Source of the DNA: Saccostrea cucullata | Lineage: Eukaryota | Direction of reading: 5' to 3' | DNA: 64,000 nucleotides | Assembly: GCF_032062105.1 (NCBI RefSeq) | Contig: NW_026936117.1 | Span: 620,001-684,000, forward strand | Shown: positions 13,901 to 26,148 of the stretch, in pieces | How positions within the stretch are numbered: the first letter of the stretch is position 1 | Layout: each line of letters opens with the position of its first letter | Position numbers and translations under genes: made by a program | The notes under the pieces: model-generated | The model's input: only the letters and a program-made list of their open reading frames with translations | Told to the model about the DNA's origin: nothing | Database searches by the model: none

Positions 13901-16900
13901 CACAGCGGTTGTGACCGGTCGGCAGGGGATGCTCACTCCTCCATGGCACCTGATCCCATCTCTGATGTTTTAGAGGTCCATATTTGCTCTGCTCCTAATT
14001 TGTATTGTTTTATGGACTCTAATATTGAATACTGTTAGATTTTTTCCATATTCTTCATGTGAAAAGAGGAGGATAATGTTTTAATGATATTAAACATAAT
14101 ATATTCTGATGTAAACTGTTATTTGAGCGAAACGCGATTGACCATTTTCTTAACTCACCTTAGCAGATTCAAGTTTGTTCAGATGATGGTTCCCTGGTAA
14201 AGGACAAGGCTGCAATGAAAGTTTAATAGAGAAATATAAAGAAGAAAATCTTTAAAAGTTTTTTTCCTCAAGATCAACAAAGAATGACACGTCTTTATAT
14301 GGGACATTCTCAACTAGTGTAGATTCCAGTTTTTAAAACATGACCCAGGGGTTTGGCCTTGATCAAAATAGGCAAAAGATTTTTAAGCTATACTGAAAAA
14401 CTTTGTGAAAAACTACGACTAGTCTTGCAATATACCTTCATCACCTGCTAACGAGTTTATATCTCTCAGTTGATTCGATACGCAAGAGCATGCTCTACTA
14501 CTAAAACTAGGTATATTATTGAAAAACAAGTTGATGAAACAAGAATATCAGCAGTCTCGTTTAAAGTCATCATTTCGTAACCTCTATGGGCGATACATTG
14601 ACCTTGTCAGCAAAGACAATTTGTCATTGAGTCAAATGCTAATTGAAGTTTTTCTTAATAATTGTTAGTCCATTATTTATGAAAAGGAACACACGGTGGG
14701 TGTGACCGGTCGGCAGGAGATGCTCACTCGTCCATGGTACCTTTTACCACCTCTAATGTTTTGGAGGTCTGTGTATGCTCTGCTCCTATTTTGTAATGTT
14801 TTATGGATGTTTGATCTTGAATACTATTCGTTATCTCCATATCTTTCATGGAAGCATCCTGGAGTAGTTTATATTGATAATAATTATTTTTCAAATCATG
14901 ACCCCTAAGAAAGGGGAGGGGTCGCAGAAGACAAAGGAATTTCTACAAATGTTTAGGAAAGGGCAGGCAGAAAAGATAGCTTTGATAGTTAGAACCCATT
15001 GGATTCACTTCTCATAGACTTATAAAGATTACGTATAAAAATATGCATTGAAGATATCTGAAATGAATAACGCAAAGTATCACGTGTTTTTTTTTTCGAC
15101 TTTCTCTAGTATATTGATTAAAATCAAAAAAAAATTCTCTAAGTACTATTGCACTAATTGTGTGAGAATAAAGAATAAAATTTCCTTTCCTTTGTACAGT
15201 TGGTCCAAAAGAACCGAGATTTCGCCTTTGGAACTGCTGTTGTTGCTGACTCCATGACCGACCCATCTCAAAAAGGATACCAGGATTTCGTGTATAATAA
15301 CTTTGAATGGGCAGTCCTTGAAAATGCCTTGAAGTGGAGGCAAATGGAGTGGACAGAAGTAAATTCAGTTCAGTTATAAATATCAAAATTTCACTGTCTG
15401 ATCGACAGTTATAATCTTCATGATGATGATGATGATATGAGTTCATTTTTTCCAGAATCATGTTAATTTGGACAGGCCGTTGAATGCTATTTCTGCATTG
15501 AAATCCCATGGGCAAGTATATCACCTCTGAATTACCTCATCTCAAGCTGGTAAGTGAGTAACTATAATAATTTGTTTCGTGTAAATTATGACATTGATTG
15601 TTACAGAATTAAAGTTCGAGGACACAACATGTTTTGGGACGTGGAACAATTTATTCCTCAATGGCTGAAAGGAAAATCCCAAGCTGAACTTGTATCTACT
15701 ATGAAAGGTCACGTGACCCAAGTGATCTCAAGGACAAAGGGGAAGTAAGCTGGGATGATTTTCTCAGCATTTTATTTCATTTTTGCTGTAATTCTCAGTC
15801 AATGAAATGAAAAATTCTTTTTTATGTTAATGTGTTTGTTTTTAAAAAAAATATTTTTTCTTTGAATGTTTACACGTAAAGAAACCTGTCATTAGATATT
15901 ATTCATAATGGTAGATGGTAATTATCAGGATTGATATCATAGTAGTGAATTAGAGTAAACACATCCTCTATAAAGTTTATATATTTTGATTCAACCTGTT
16001 TGAAACGACTTTTGGTGGATTGTTTAAGAACATTTGAATACATCTAAAAAAAAAAAATTAGGAAATATTCCAATTTAATTGTAGAGGAAATTTCTTTAAG
16101 AAAAAATGGATACAAAATGTAGTTTGCTTATAGGTTAGAACACTGGGATGTCAACAACGAGAATCTCCATGGAGACTGGTTTGAACGTCACACACGTGAC
16201 CCAGATATAACAGAGAAGATGTTTCAGTGGATCCACCAACAGGAGCCGCACGTGAAGCTGTTCCTTAACGACTACGAAGTCATCAACCAGCCATTCGAAA
16301 CGACGGTATGTTCAAAGGTGTTAGTAGGGTTAGTTCTTTATCAAATTACTTTTTGAAAAATATACTAGTATATTCATATCTCCTCTCTCACTAAACAACC
16401 ACAAAAAAAGGAACATGAAGGAGAAAACCATGAAAACATAGGCATTAAAAACTACAAAGTTTATTAGAAACACACTAATTAAATTATTGTTGTTTAGCTT
16501 CATTAATCTGTTTAGGGGAATCAAATAAAAGATATTATTGAATACGTAATTGCTGTTTCTCTAGGCACTACGAAATCAAGCATTACATCTTAAGAAGGAG
16601 GGGATACCGGTTTATGGTCTTGGACTCCAAGGACATTTCTTTTCACACAACATTGACATTGATATCCTCAAAGTAAACATTTTATAATATTAAATCCGTA
16701 TGGTTATTCATTTATCAAAGAATAGCAATTTAAAAAAGAAGGCGATAAAAAAAATCGCAATAAGTATTTTTTAAGGATCGGTAGTAAACTGATATACGTG
16801 ACTGATAACCAAACTCACAATACTTCTGTAAATAATACTACATATCTGACTTAAGTACAGACTGGATAAGCTTGCTGAGTCCGGTCTGAAGCTGTGGATC

Positions 16901-17578
16901 ACCGAGCTGACCTTGACTGACACAGATAACAACAGGAAGGCCAGAAACCTAGAAAATCTCCTGACTTTGTTCTTCAGTCATCCGGCGGTAGAGGGCGTCT
17001 TACTCTGGGGATTCTGGGATAGACACATATGGCACCAACAGGATGCACTATTTACCGGAGACAACATCACAGTACTTTGTTATGACTAACCCACAAAAAC
17101 ATAATTTTCATATTGTTAAAGATTAGGTTCAGAGCTTGATAATAAAGAACTTGATGTTTTTATATCGAATTAAAATAAATCAAAAAATTATTTCAGCCGA
17201 ACGCAGCAGGACAGAAATACCTCGATCTTTTCCATAAAATCTGGAAGACCTACTTCGTTCACAATGTTAACCCTGGAAGTACTGTCAACACACATGCATT
17301 TTTGGGAGATTATCTGCTGAACATAAAAAGAAATGGACATCTTATCCACCAGGAAAATTTCAGCCTCGACAAATCAGGAAAAGATATAACTATCCACCTA
17401 ACAAGTAAGTTGTATTTCAAACTCAACCTCAAAGTGCAGATTTAAATCACATAGAATTTTGTAATACTTTTGGAGGGTGTCGTGTGATAATCAAGTACTT
17501 GTATTGTATTTACGATTTTTTTTCATTCCTTTGATTTCAGATGACCACCATGGAGTTTCACAGATTGTGTTTGGATAA
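10947..17578 (+). CDS. GH10 endo-beta-1,4-xylanase-like enzyme, paralog A (signal peptide + CBM4/9-like + GH10 + C-terminal beta domain), 574 aa
   Basis: 13 exons: 10947-11140, 11339-11484, 11664-11756, 11857-12013, 13698-13737, 15200-15358, 15456-15511, 15607-15744, 16134-16305, 16565-16672, 16856-17071, 17197-17404, 17541-17578; total 1725 nt in frame. Motifs ENALKW, VRGHNMFW, WDVNNE (acid/base), LFLNDY, GLQGH, WITEL (nucleophile), HPAVEGV..WGFWD. Confidence 0.93.
12590..13175 (+). mobile_element. 5'-truncated Penelope-like element (RT C-terminus plus conserved 3' region)
   Basis: Decayed SNIP...RG.LLT.KL..QG coding followed by caggg..ctcagtcct..ggcacctgatcccacc. Family copies at ~215-345, 8690-8840, 13765-14050, 14440-14845, 20200-20420, 22060-22360(-), 30310-30392(-), 31500-31750, 50520-50680, 56690-56850(-) and 58260-58400. 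Confidence 0.75.
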
Positions 17579-18289
17579 GGAGCACAATGTCCCTGTTCAT
17601 AGACTGATGTTCTGCAAAATTAGTTGTTTTTGCCTGAAAGATATGAATTACAGAAATAACGAATATTTCAATTTGCTTTACAAAAGAAATGGATCCCACT
17701 ATCATTAAGAAATAAAGTGCTTTATTCGCTTATTCTACGATATTACAGCAATATTTGACTGATAAAAAATAAAACTGAGACTGTTGTTTATTTTTCTGCT
17801 TGGTCTGACAAAGTATTTCATAAAAGAATACATCACCACGGGCGTGTCTGTTTTAAATTGAAAGATAGAAACTTATTTCACAGCGAAATGTTGCTGTCCA
17901 AAAAGTGAATTTTAGGCTTGGACGTGTTTTTTGTTTCGACTGATTAATATGTTAATAAAGATTGCATTTTGCATCCAACTAGCGCTTACATCTAGCATCT
18001 GTATGTACATAACGGCCCAACAATTAATATGAAAAGTTAAAATTTGACTTATTGATAATTTGTTTGACATCATGGCGCTAGACATTACTAGATTTAGCCA
18101 AGGCTTGTTGGTCAAGTCGTTCAATAAAATTCATGTGATAACTTGATAACTTGATTTTGGAAACTTTATTCTATCTTAACTAGATGGAGAGCATGAGGAT
18201 TGATGATGAAACCATGCCAAACACCAAACAAAGCAAAAGCATAGGGCTTAATTATTATCATAGTATACATTACACATTACATCACAGAA

Positions 18290-19050
18290 AACGTGATAGC
18301 ATCTTTCATTTTCAGGGGACATACTTACTTAGGTCCACATCAGACTGTCCCAGTATCACCCGGACAGAATTATGTCGTCAAGATGTATGTCAAACTTATT
18401 AACCTCATCCAGGGACTTTGTATTTTAGCCTGTCTCTGAGAGTCAATATCCACGAGTTTGGCTGGAGTGTCTACGTGTATGTCTTTTTGTGAGAAATGTC
18501 ATCAGGTCTGCGTTGAATGCTGGGATCACGGTCACCCCGTCCGTCATTTACCTGTCGGTTCAGTAAACAAAATGTCGATCCTGAGAAAACTAATCGGGGT
18601 ATTCGTGGACGATACAAATGGCTGTATATCCATCGAGGACACAACCGAGTCAGATGTCATCGTACGATTTGATGACGTCATATTTGAAAAACCCATATGG
18701 ACAGTTTTTTGTCTTCGACCTTCAGAAAAATTTACTGTTGAATGAAAAAATAAAAATAAGAACAGGTCAACAAATAAACAAAATCCGGTCTCATCGTTTA
18801 CCTGTTTGAATTGAGCACTTATTGAACTTATTATACGTTGAGTATTAAAATCATACCTAATGCACGTTATATATGTATAGTGTTAAAACAGTTCCGTGAA
18901 ATTGATATATTTTTACTTAAAAAAAATATTAATACAATTGTTTCAATTTAAGTTTTAATGATAGTTTTGCAGAATACACGGATGAAAACAACGAATATTA
19001 AACCTTATATTGATAATAAACAAATGTGATTATCTGTACTTTATTCATTT
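18290..19050 (+). pseudogene. Chimeric relic: GH10 (paralog C-like) exon 2 fused to the 3' half of the TRIM last exon and its 3' UTR
   Basis: 18290-18450 matches ~28310-28475; 18451-19050 matches ~7224-7835 with frameshifts (CEKCHQVCVECWDHGH...IGVFVDDTNG). Confidence 0.9.
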
Positions 19051-19277
19051 CATTAGCCTTTACGATTTTTGTTCGACATTGTTTGAGTGCATGATCAAAG
19101 TTAAAGGTTTTATATTGTACAAATAAAATATTTGACATAAAAGTTTTTTTACGGACATATGTACTCGTTAATATGTTGGAAGGCTCTATAAATCGTAATA
19201 ATCTGACCCTTGGTTTATCTATGCAAAACGGCCTGTAAAGTCATTTCTGGCCATTCGGTATGTAACAGGTTTTCACT

Positions 19278-22200
19278 ATGCTGTTGGGTTATTTGATCAC
19301 AATTTGTTTTTGTGTTACATTTCATGGGACAGGTGCGTCCACTGAATTGTTCCACAATGCTGATTTCGAGAGCACTTCCTTTTCCGGTAATTGGGTAGCT
19401 ATTGACTGTACCATGACTTCCCGTACTGATGATAAATATCATGGAACTCGCAGTATCATGGTCTCTCATAGGCGAGTAAAATGTCATCCATCCCTATTTC
19501 CTGTTTTTATGGTTGAAGCAATGATAATTGCCTTGCCTTTGTTTAAGTTTGGTTTGAGTTTATTCTGAATCACTTACGAAAGTAATGATTTAGACATAAA
19601 TATAACATAATTGTTTCTATACCAGTTTTTGAATTAGCTATATATTTATCCTTCAAATGAAGCTTTCTTGTTCTTGTGTAAATCTTTCTGATGTTGTAGA
19701 CATCATGTGTGGTCGGCAGTCCGGCAGACATTTCATGTCACTCCTGGGAAGAATTATGTGGTTAAGATGTACTTCAAGCTCCTTAACCTTCCTGATGGAC
19801 ACCCTTACGCCGAAGTCAAACTGAACGTGGCTCTTACAGTAAACGGTATCCTGCAATCGCATATTACAAATTGGAAATTCACTGTTTATCATCTGACTTT
19901 CAAAGAGATTTTTTAGCTGATATTGTAGTGTTGAAAAAGATATTTGATAGAAAGAATGAAAATTAAACATGTACTTCAGTGTTCTGTTTCTTCATCTTTT
20001 TCTTCTCTATTTATACAATTTCTGTCACCAAACTTGATATTTTAAGGACATCCGAAGTACTTCATGTTGGCAAAGGTTCCTATGCAACAGCTAAAATTTG
20101 GATGGACGGAAATAAGTGGCGATTTTTATGCCCAAGAAGGTTAGTTTCTCTATTTTGAATTGTTCTATAAACCTTTCTTGTCTTTTTTCATATTTCATAC
20201 AACATAATTCAAACCATTTGTTAGGCGTTTGTATTTCCATCTCCCTGATCATTGTAAAGGGCTTATGGCTGGTGTAACCGATCAAAAGGGGATGCTTACT
20301 ACTTCTACACACCTGATCCCATCTCTAGAATTTCCGAAAGTCCATGTTTATGCCTTGTTTACAGATTTGTATAGCATGCAGTTTTATGAGATCGATTTCT
20401 TTTGATATCTTACCTTTTCTTTCATTTTTCTAGGAGCCACAGTTGCTTATCCATACATAGAGATACCAGACATTTCTGTCAATTACCTGGTTGACTTCGC
20501 CAGTGCTCAGGAGCTACCCCATAATTCACACTGGATGCCAGATGCTCAAAAAAGAATCAACAGTATCCGAAAGGCCCCTGTTTCATTCAAGTAATTAAAC
20601 AATCTTTGATTCGCTACGTCATGACACAACATTGATTACGTATAATGCTTCTGTCTTTCCATCTATCATCTTTTAGTTTAACTAGGTCATCATACGTCAT
20701 TGAAAATGCAGTCTGGCTTCACAGTTTAAGTACTTCCTAATCGTTTTGGCCAGTACTTTTCATCATGATTGAAAGCGAAGTTTCATACCACAAGTCATTA
20801 AATAAAATGTAAAGAAAGACATTAGAATATTGAATTGAATTTTGCTTGTATGGTTAAATGATTTATATAATTTTTTTTTCTAAGAGTAAATGCAGCTGAT
20901 CTATTAAGGATTGTGCTAACGAAATATTCCAATTACCTGGTGCATGATTATTGTTTTTTAACCTTGGTGAACGTTTGTACATGTTTCATGCACCTTTTAA
21001 AATGTTTCAGAGACTATGCACGGAAAAAGAGCAATAAACTGTTTTAACACTTCATCAATTAAATGTATGTATTTATTTAATCATTTAGATTGGCACATGG
21101 GGTTAATGCACATGGCATTTCAATCGAGGTATGTTAAACTTACCTAAATTGTTTTTGAAAAAAAGAGTTTGGTTATTTCGTAAAATCTTTGAAGCAGTAA
21201 ATAACTATTTCTATACCAATTTTGTCCTTCGTCGTTTTGTCATAGTTAGTTTCTAGCTATTTTGCTATGCCTGTAAATAATGTTAAAGAACTTTATTCGG
21301 TAATAACCAATATTTGCCCCCCCCCCCCCCCAAAAAAAAAATCAAACATGGATATATATTTAATTAAGTTCTTGAACAGGGGAGTATATGCTGACTTCAA
21401 AACACTGAATATTTTCATAAGTAATGACGCCATATGTACGTAATGACGTCACAATCATGACGTAAATTTCAGTGTTTTATGAATTTTACAGAAAAATGTA
21501 CATATTTCGTCGATATTTTGAGTAAAAGTCACCGAGCGCATGTGTGTTCAGGATCAATATTTTGATATAATGTGTAGAATGATAATATCAATGAAATATG
21601 TCAATATTGTTCCTGAACAAACTTGCGCTCTATAAATTTCAAAGCTAAAATTGTTGAAATTTTGTCTGTTTTATCCTTTTTCTGAATAAGGATATAAAAT
21701 CGGACTAGTTTGTGACGTCATAAAACAAGAAATGTGAATACACTGCTTTGACACTAGAATATTTTCTGTTAATATATATTTCTCATTCAATTTATTGAAT
21801 TCAGCACATTTCAGGAAGTTTTCAAAATTTGACTTTTGTGGGGGCAAATATATGTTTTATACCGCATATAGTTCTTTGGTGTTTCTCGAGTTATAGTTCA
21901 ATCATAACTTTCATAACCCATTTTTAAAAAGAAATTTTGACATTATGCATGCAAATCTTGTGATAAATCATTGTTTTTCTTACTAATAGTGCTTGTAAAT
22001 GATGATATGAATCTAGGCAACTCTCACTTAAATTTATACTGACGAGTTACAGATCAATGAAATATGAAGATATCGAACATTAATCAAGTTCAATAGTCCA
22101 TAAAAAAGCAAATTTGGATCTGAGGAAACACAAACCTCTAAAAACATCAGAGGTAGGATCAGGTGCCATGTAGGAGTAACCATCCACTGCCGACCGGTCA

Positions 22201-25200
22201 CACCCGCCATGACCTCCTTATGATCGGACGAACGGAAAAATCGGTAGACAATTCAATTTGAAAGTAATGGCTTAGCAATATGCATGAAAAAGGTTTGTCT
22301 ACGTTTGACATAGTGATAGATTGTATTTGCTGACAGAGTCATTATATCGGCCATATGAAGGTGACAATAAATATTGCTTCATATATAAGAGAAGTAGATG
22401 ATACAAAACTTAAAGTAATCAAATTTACCAAAATTTTTGTTTTAAGGTTAAAGTTAACATCTTTTTATAGTAATTATACAGATTTGAAACAGATTCATTT
22501 AATGTATAAAAAATGAATGTTTTCGGGGGCATTCATGTCAAACTTACACGTCTAGTTTTACAGCGCTATAGGTTTCACAGATATCGATGTAAGTAAACAA
22601 TCCTTACACTATATTAAAACACGTTTTTTATGGTTTTACGTGATTTTTATTGTGGTCTCTGTAGTTTTACGTCACCTTCGAGAAATTTTCACTCATTTAG
22701 AGGGGCCACCGTGCATTTGTAAAGAGTTTAAAATTTAGACTTTTACTCAGCCCTCAGTGCAACTGAGCAATGATGGCTCTTTATTATGCCAACGGTTTTA
22801 ATGACTAGAGGACCCAAATTTTAAACTTTTTATCTGACAATCCTGCAATTTTCACTTTTAGGTGCAAACCGTTTGGCAAAGAAACATTTGCTACCAATTT
22901 TGTATCGATTAAGATCTGTCGCGACTGAACTTGAACGCAAGGCTATAACGTGTATTTGTCAAATTACAAAGTATCATTCCTGTATTTCTAGACCTCTAGA
23001 GTCCGTTTATTTGTCAATTTTTCTCTCTTTTTTGAATTGATGGCAAAATCATAGTTATAATACATTTCCTTCTCTCTGTGAAGTTGATCCAAATGAAACG
23101 AGATTTCGCTTTTGGAACTGCTGTGGTTGCTCAATCCATGACCAATCAATCTGAAAAGGGATACCAGGACTTCGTGTACAAGAACTTTGAGTGGACAGTC
23201 TTTGAAGGTGCTCTGAAGTGGTTGGCAATGCAGTGGTCAGAGGTAAGGGTAGTTTAAATTAATTGACATGGACAGAATAGTTGTGGTTCAATTATATTAG
23301 ATGGATCAAGAACGTTTAGAAGAAAGAGATGGTTTGATTTCAGTGTCTGAGGGTCGAATGGAAGATTTCTGTTCAATAACTTAAGGGTGATATATCATGA
23401 CTTTGATGAACAAAAGTGATTTTACTATCTGAAGCACATGGATTAGGGAAGAGTGGACAAATGTAGTCATATATTCATTGCATAAAGTTGATGTACTAAA
23501 GAGGAGATGACAGAGATGGATATTAATTCATTACTGAAATTTGATGTATTAGGGAAGAGTTGACAGAAGTTAGTGGACAGAGGTAATCTTTGTTTGATTA
23601 TCTTAAGGGAATGTTTAAGTTAGAATAGACAGGGAATTCATTATTCTGTGACTTAAAAGTGATATACTTGGGTAGACAGAAATATGGTTTTTTCTTTTAC
23701 TTAACAAGGTTCTTCTAGGTTTAAGTAGGTAGAAGTAGGCATGGTTTGATTTCTATAAAATTGTTTTCGAACATGGAGATGGAATAGATAGATTGTAAGA
23801 TCGTAAATTTTTATTTAAGAAAGAGAAATATTTCAACTCTCTTTACCTGGTCCTAAGATCAAGAACATCTGAAGCTGGGGTCAAAATATTTATGTTTTAG
23901 AAGTTAAAAAGAAACATCTTTAACTAATTTTCAATATTGCTTTACAAAAGGTGTTGTTATCTGCAAATTTAGAGATGACTTCAATTGTAGTTTTGTTTGA
24001 AGACAGTTGATAATTTGACTTAAGTCTAAGCCAGTTTCATGATCCTCGGGCCTGCTTGTTTCATTCTTGGTTGAAAGGTTTTTTTTTTTATTATATTCAT
24101 TAATACTTATTGCAGAATCACTTTAACTTAGACAGAGCGTTGAATGCTATTTCTGCACTGAAATCTCATGGGCAAGTATTACACATCTGGATAACCTAAA
24201 TTTCATCAGGCGTATGAGTTATATATATTCAAGATAAATCATTGTAAAATGTATGATATTGATCACTACAGAATTAAAGTTCGAGGACACAACATGTTTT
24301 GGGATGTGGATCGGTTTATTCCAAAGTGGCTGAAAGAAAAATCCCAAAATGATCTTTTGTCTTCTATGAAAGATCACGTAACCCAAGTGATCTCAAGGAC
24401 AAAGGGGAAGTAAGCTGATTATTTTAGCATAGGATTATGATTATGAAATAAAAATAAAACCAAAACAAAGCAAAAACATCCCTCATAAAAACCCTTGTAC
24501 ATTCTGTGATAAGTAATACTCTATTCTAATTTAAAAATGTCTAAAATTGTCTATATATGCAAATGAATTGTCAACTCAATATTACTGTCATTATATAAAG
24601 GTAGACAGTGAGTTGAAGAAAGCAATACTAATTTGTTTGAGAAATATTGGAGACAGAGTGTATCTTGTTGGTAGGTTAGAACACTGGGATGTCAACAACG
24701 AGAATCTCCATGGAGACTGGTTTGAACGTCACACACGTGACCCAGATATAACAGAGAAGATGTTTCAGTGGATTCACCAACATGAGCCGAACGTGAAACT
24801 GTTCCTCAACGACTACGAAGTCATTAACCATCATTATTTTACAACAGTATGTTCAAATTGTTATTAATCAACTCACCTACTACAACAAATAAAAAATGAC
24901 AAGGATGAAAGAAAAATAATGCGTCAACCGACAATTTAAGAAACAATCAACAAAAGATTTGCAAAACACGAAATACATCCCCCACACATATATACACGCG
25001 AAACTGCAAATAAAATAAACCACCCCCACACATATATACACGCGAAACCGCAAATAAAATAAAAATTACATCGAATCTGTATTTGTCATTTCATTGTAGG
25101 CACTACGAAATCAAGCATTACATCTAATGAAGGATGGGGTACCTGTTTATGGTCTTGGACTCCAAGGACATTTCTCTTCACACAACATTGACATCGATGT

Positions 25201-26148
25201 TCTCAAAGTAACCATTGCGCAACAATTTCGTTTAACAAATAACAGATTATGGAAGATATAAGAAAACGATTTGTACTGAAAGTTTTCAAAGTTAGTTTGA
25301 CTGATTTTATGTAAAAATTATTACAAAGCAACGTTAATAATGAAAACATTATTCTTTATACTGTAATGTAAGAACATTATTCTTTATACTGTTATGTAAT
25401 ATTACATATCTGACTCAAGTACAGACTGGATAAGCTTGCCGAGTCCGGGCTGAAGCTTTGGATCACCGAGTTGACCTTGACTGACACAGATAACAACAGA
25501 AAGGCCAGAAACCTAGAAAATCTCCTGACTTTGTTCTTTAGTCATCCGGCGGTAGAGGGCGTCTTGTTCTGGGGATTCTGGTATAGACACATATTTCACA
25601 AACAGAATGCTCTATTTACTGGAGATAACATAACAGTAATATAATTGAAGATCAGTAATAACTACTGAAAAATATAATTCCTATATATAATTCAATATTT
25701 ATATTTGATATTTATAAATGAAGCTGGTGATTTGTGTTCAAAGAGTCACTGAAATATAAATTTGTTTTAGCCGAACGCAGCTGGACAGAAATACCTCGAT
25801 CTTTTCCATAAAACCTGGAAGACCCACTTCGTTCACAATGTTAACCCTGGAAGTACTGTCAACACACATGCATTTTTGGGAGATTATCTGCTGAACATAA
25901 AAAGGAATGGACATCTTATCCACCATGAAAATTTCAGCCTCGACAAATCAGGAAAAGATATAACAATCCACCTAACAAGTAAATTGTTTCAAAGTCAACC
26001 TCAAAGTGCAAATTTAAACCACATAGAATTTTGTAATACTTTTGGAAGGTGTCGTGTGATAATCAAGTACTTGTATTTTATTTACGATTTATTTATTCCT
26101 TTGATTTCAGATGACCACCATGGAGTTTCACAGATTGTGTTTGGATAA
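19278..26148 (+). CDS. GH10 xylanase-like enzyme, paralog B (closest to A)
   Basis: Same 13-exon layout as A, with signal peptide, RGHNMFW, WDVNNE, NDY, QGH, ITEL and terminal VSQIVFG*. Confidence 0.92.
21298..21864. mobile_element. Non-autonomous TIR element (~570 bp) in a gene B intron
   Basis: cggtaataaccaatatttgccccc / gggggcaaatatatgttttataccg. Confidence 0.7.

Noticed and set aside
15012-15524. 170-aa minus-strand ORF with a His run
   Set aside because: Antisense to gene A exons 6-7; the His run comes from an intronic (GAT)n repeat.
10947-26148. A and B as uncollapsed haplotypes
   Set aside because: Most introns are unalignable, and a diverged duplication-junction relic lies between the genes.
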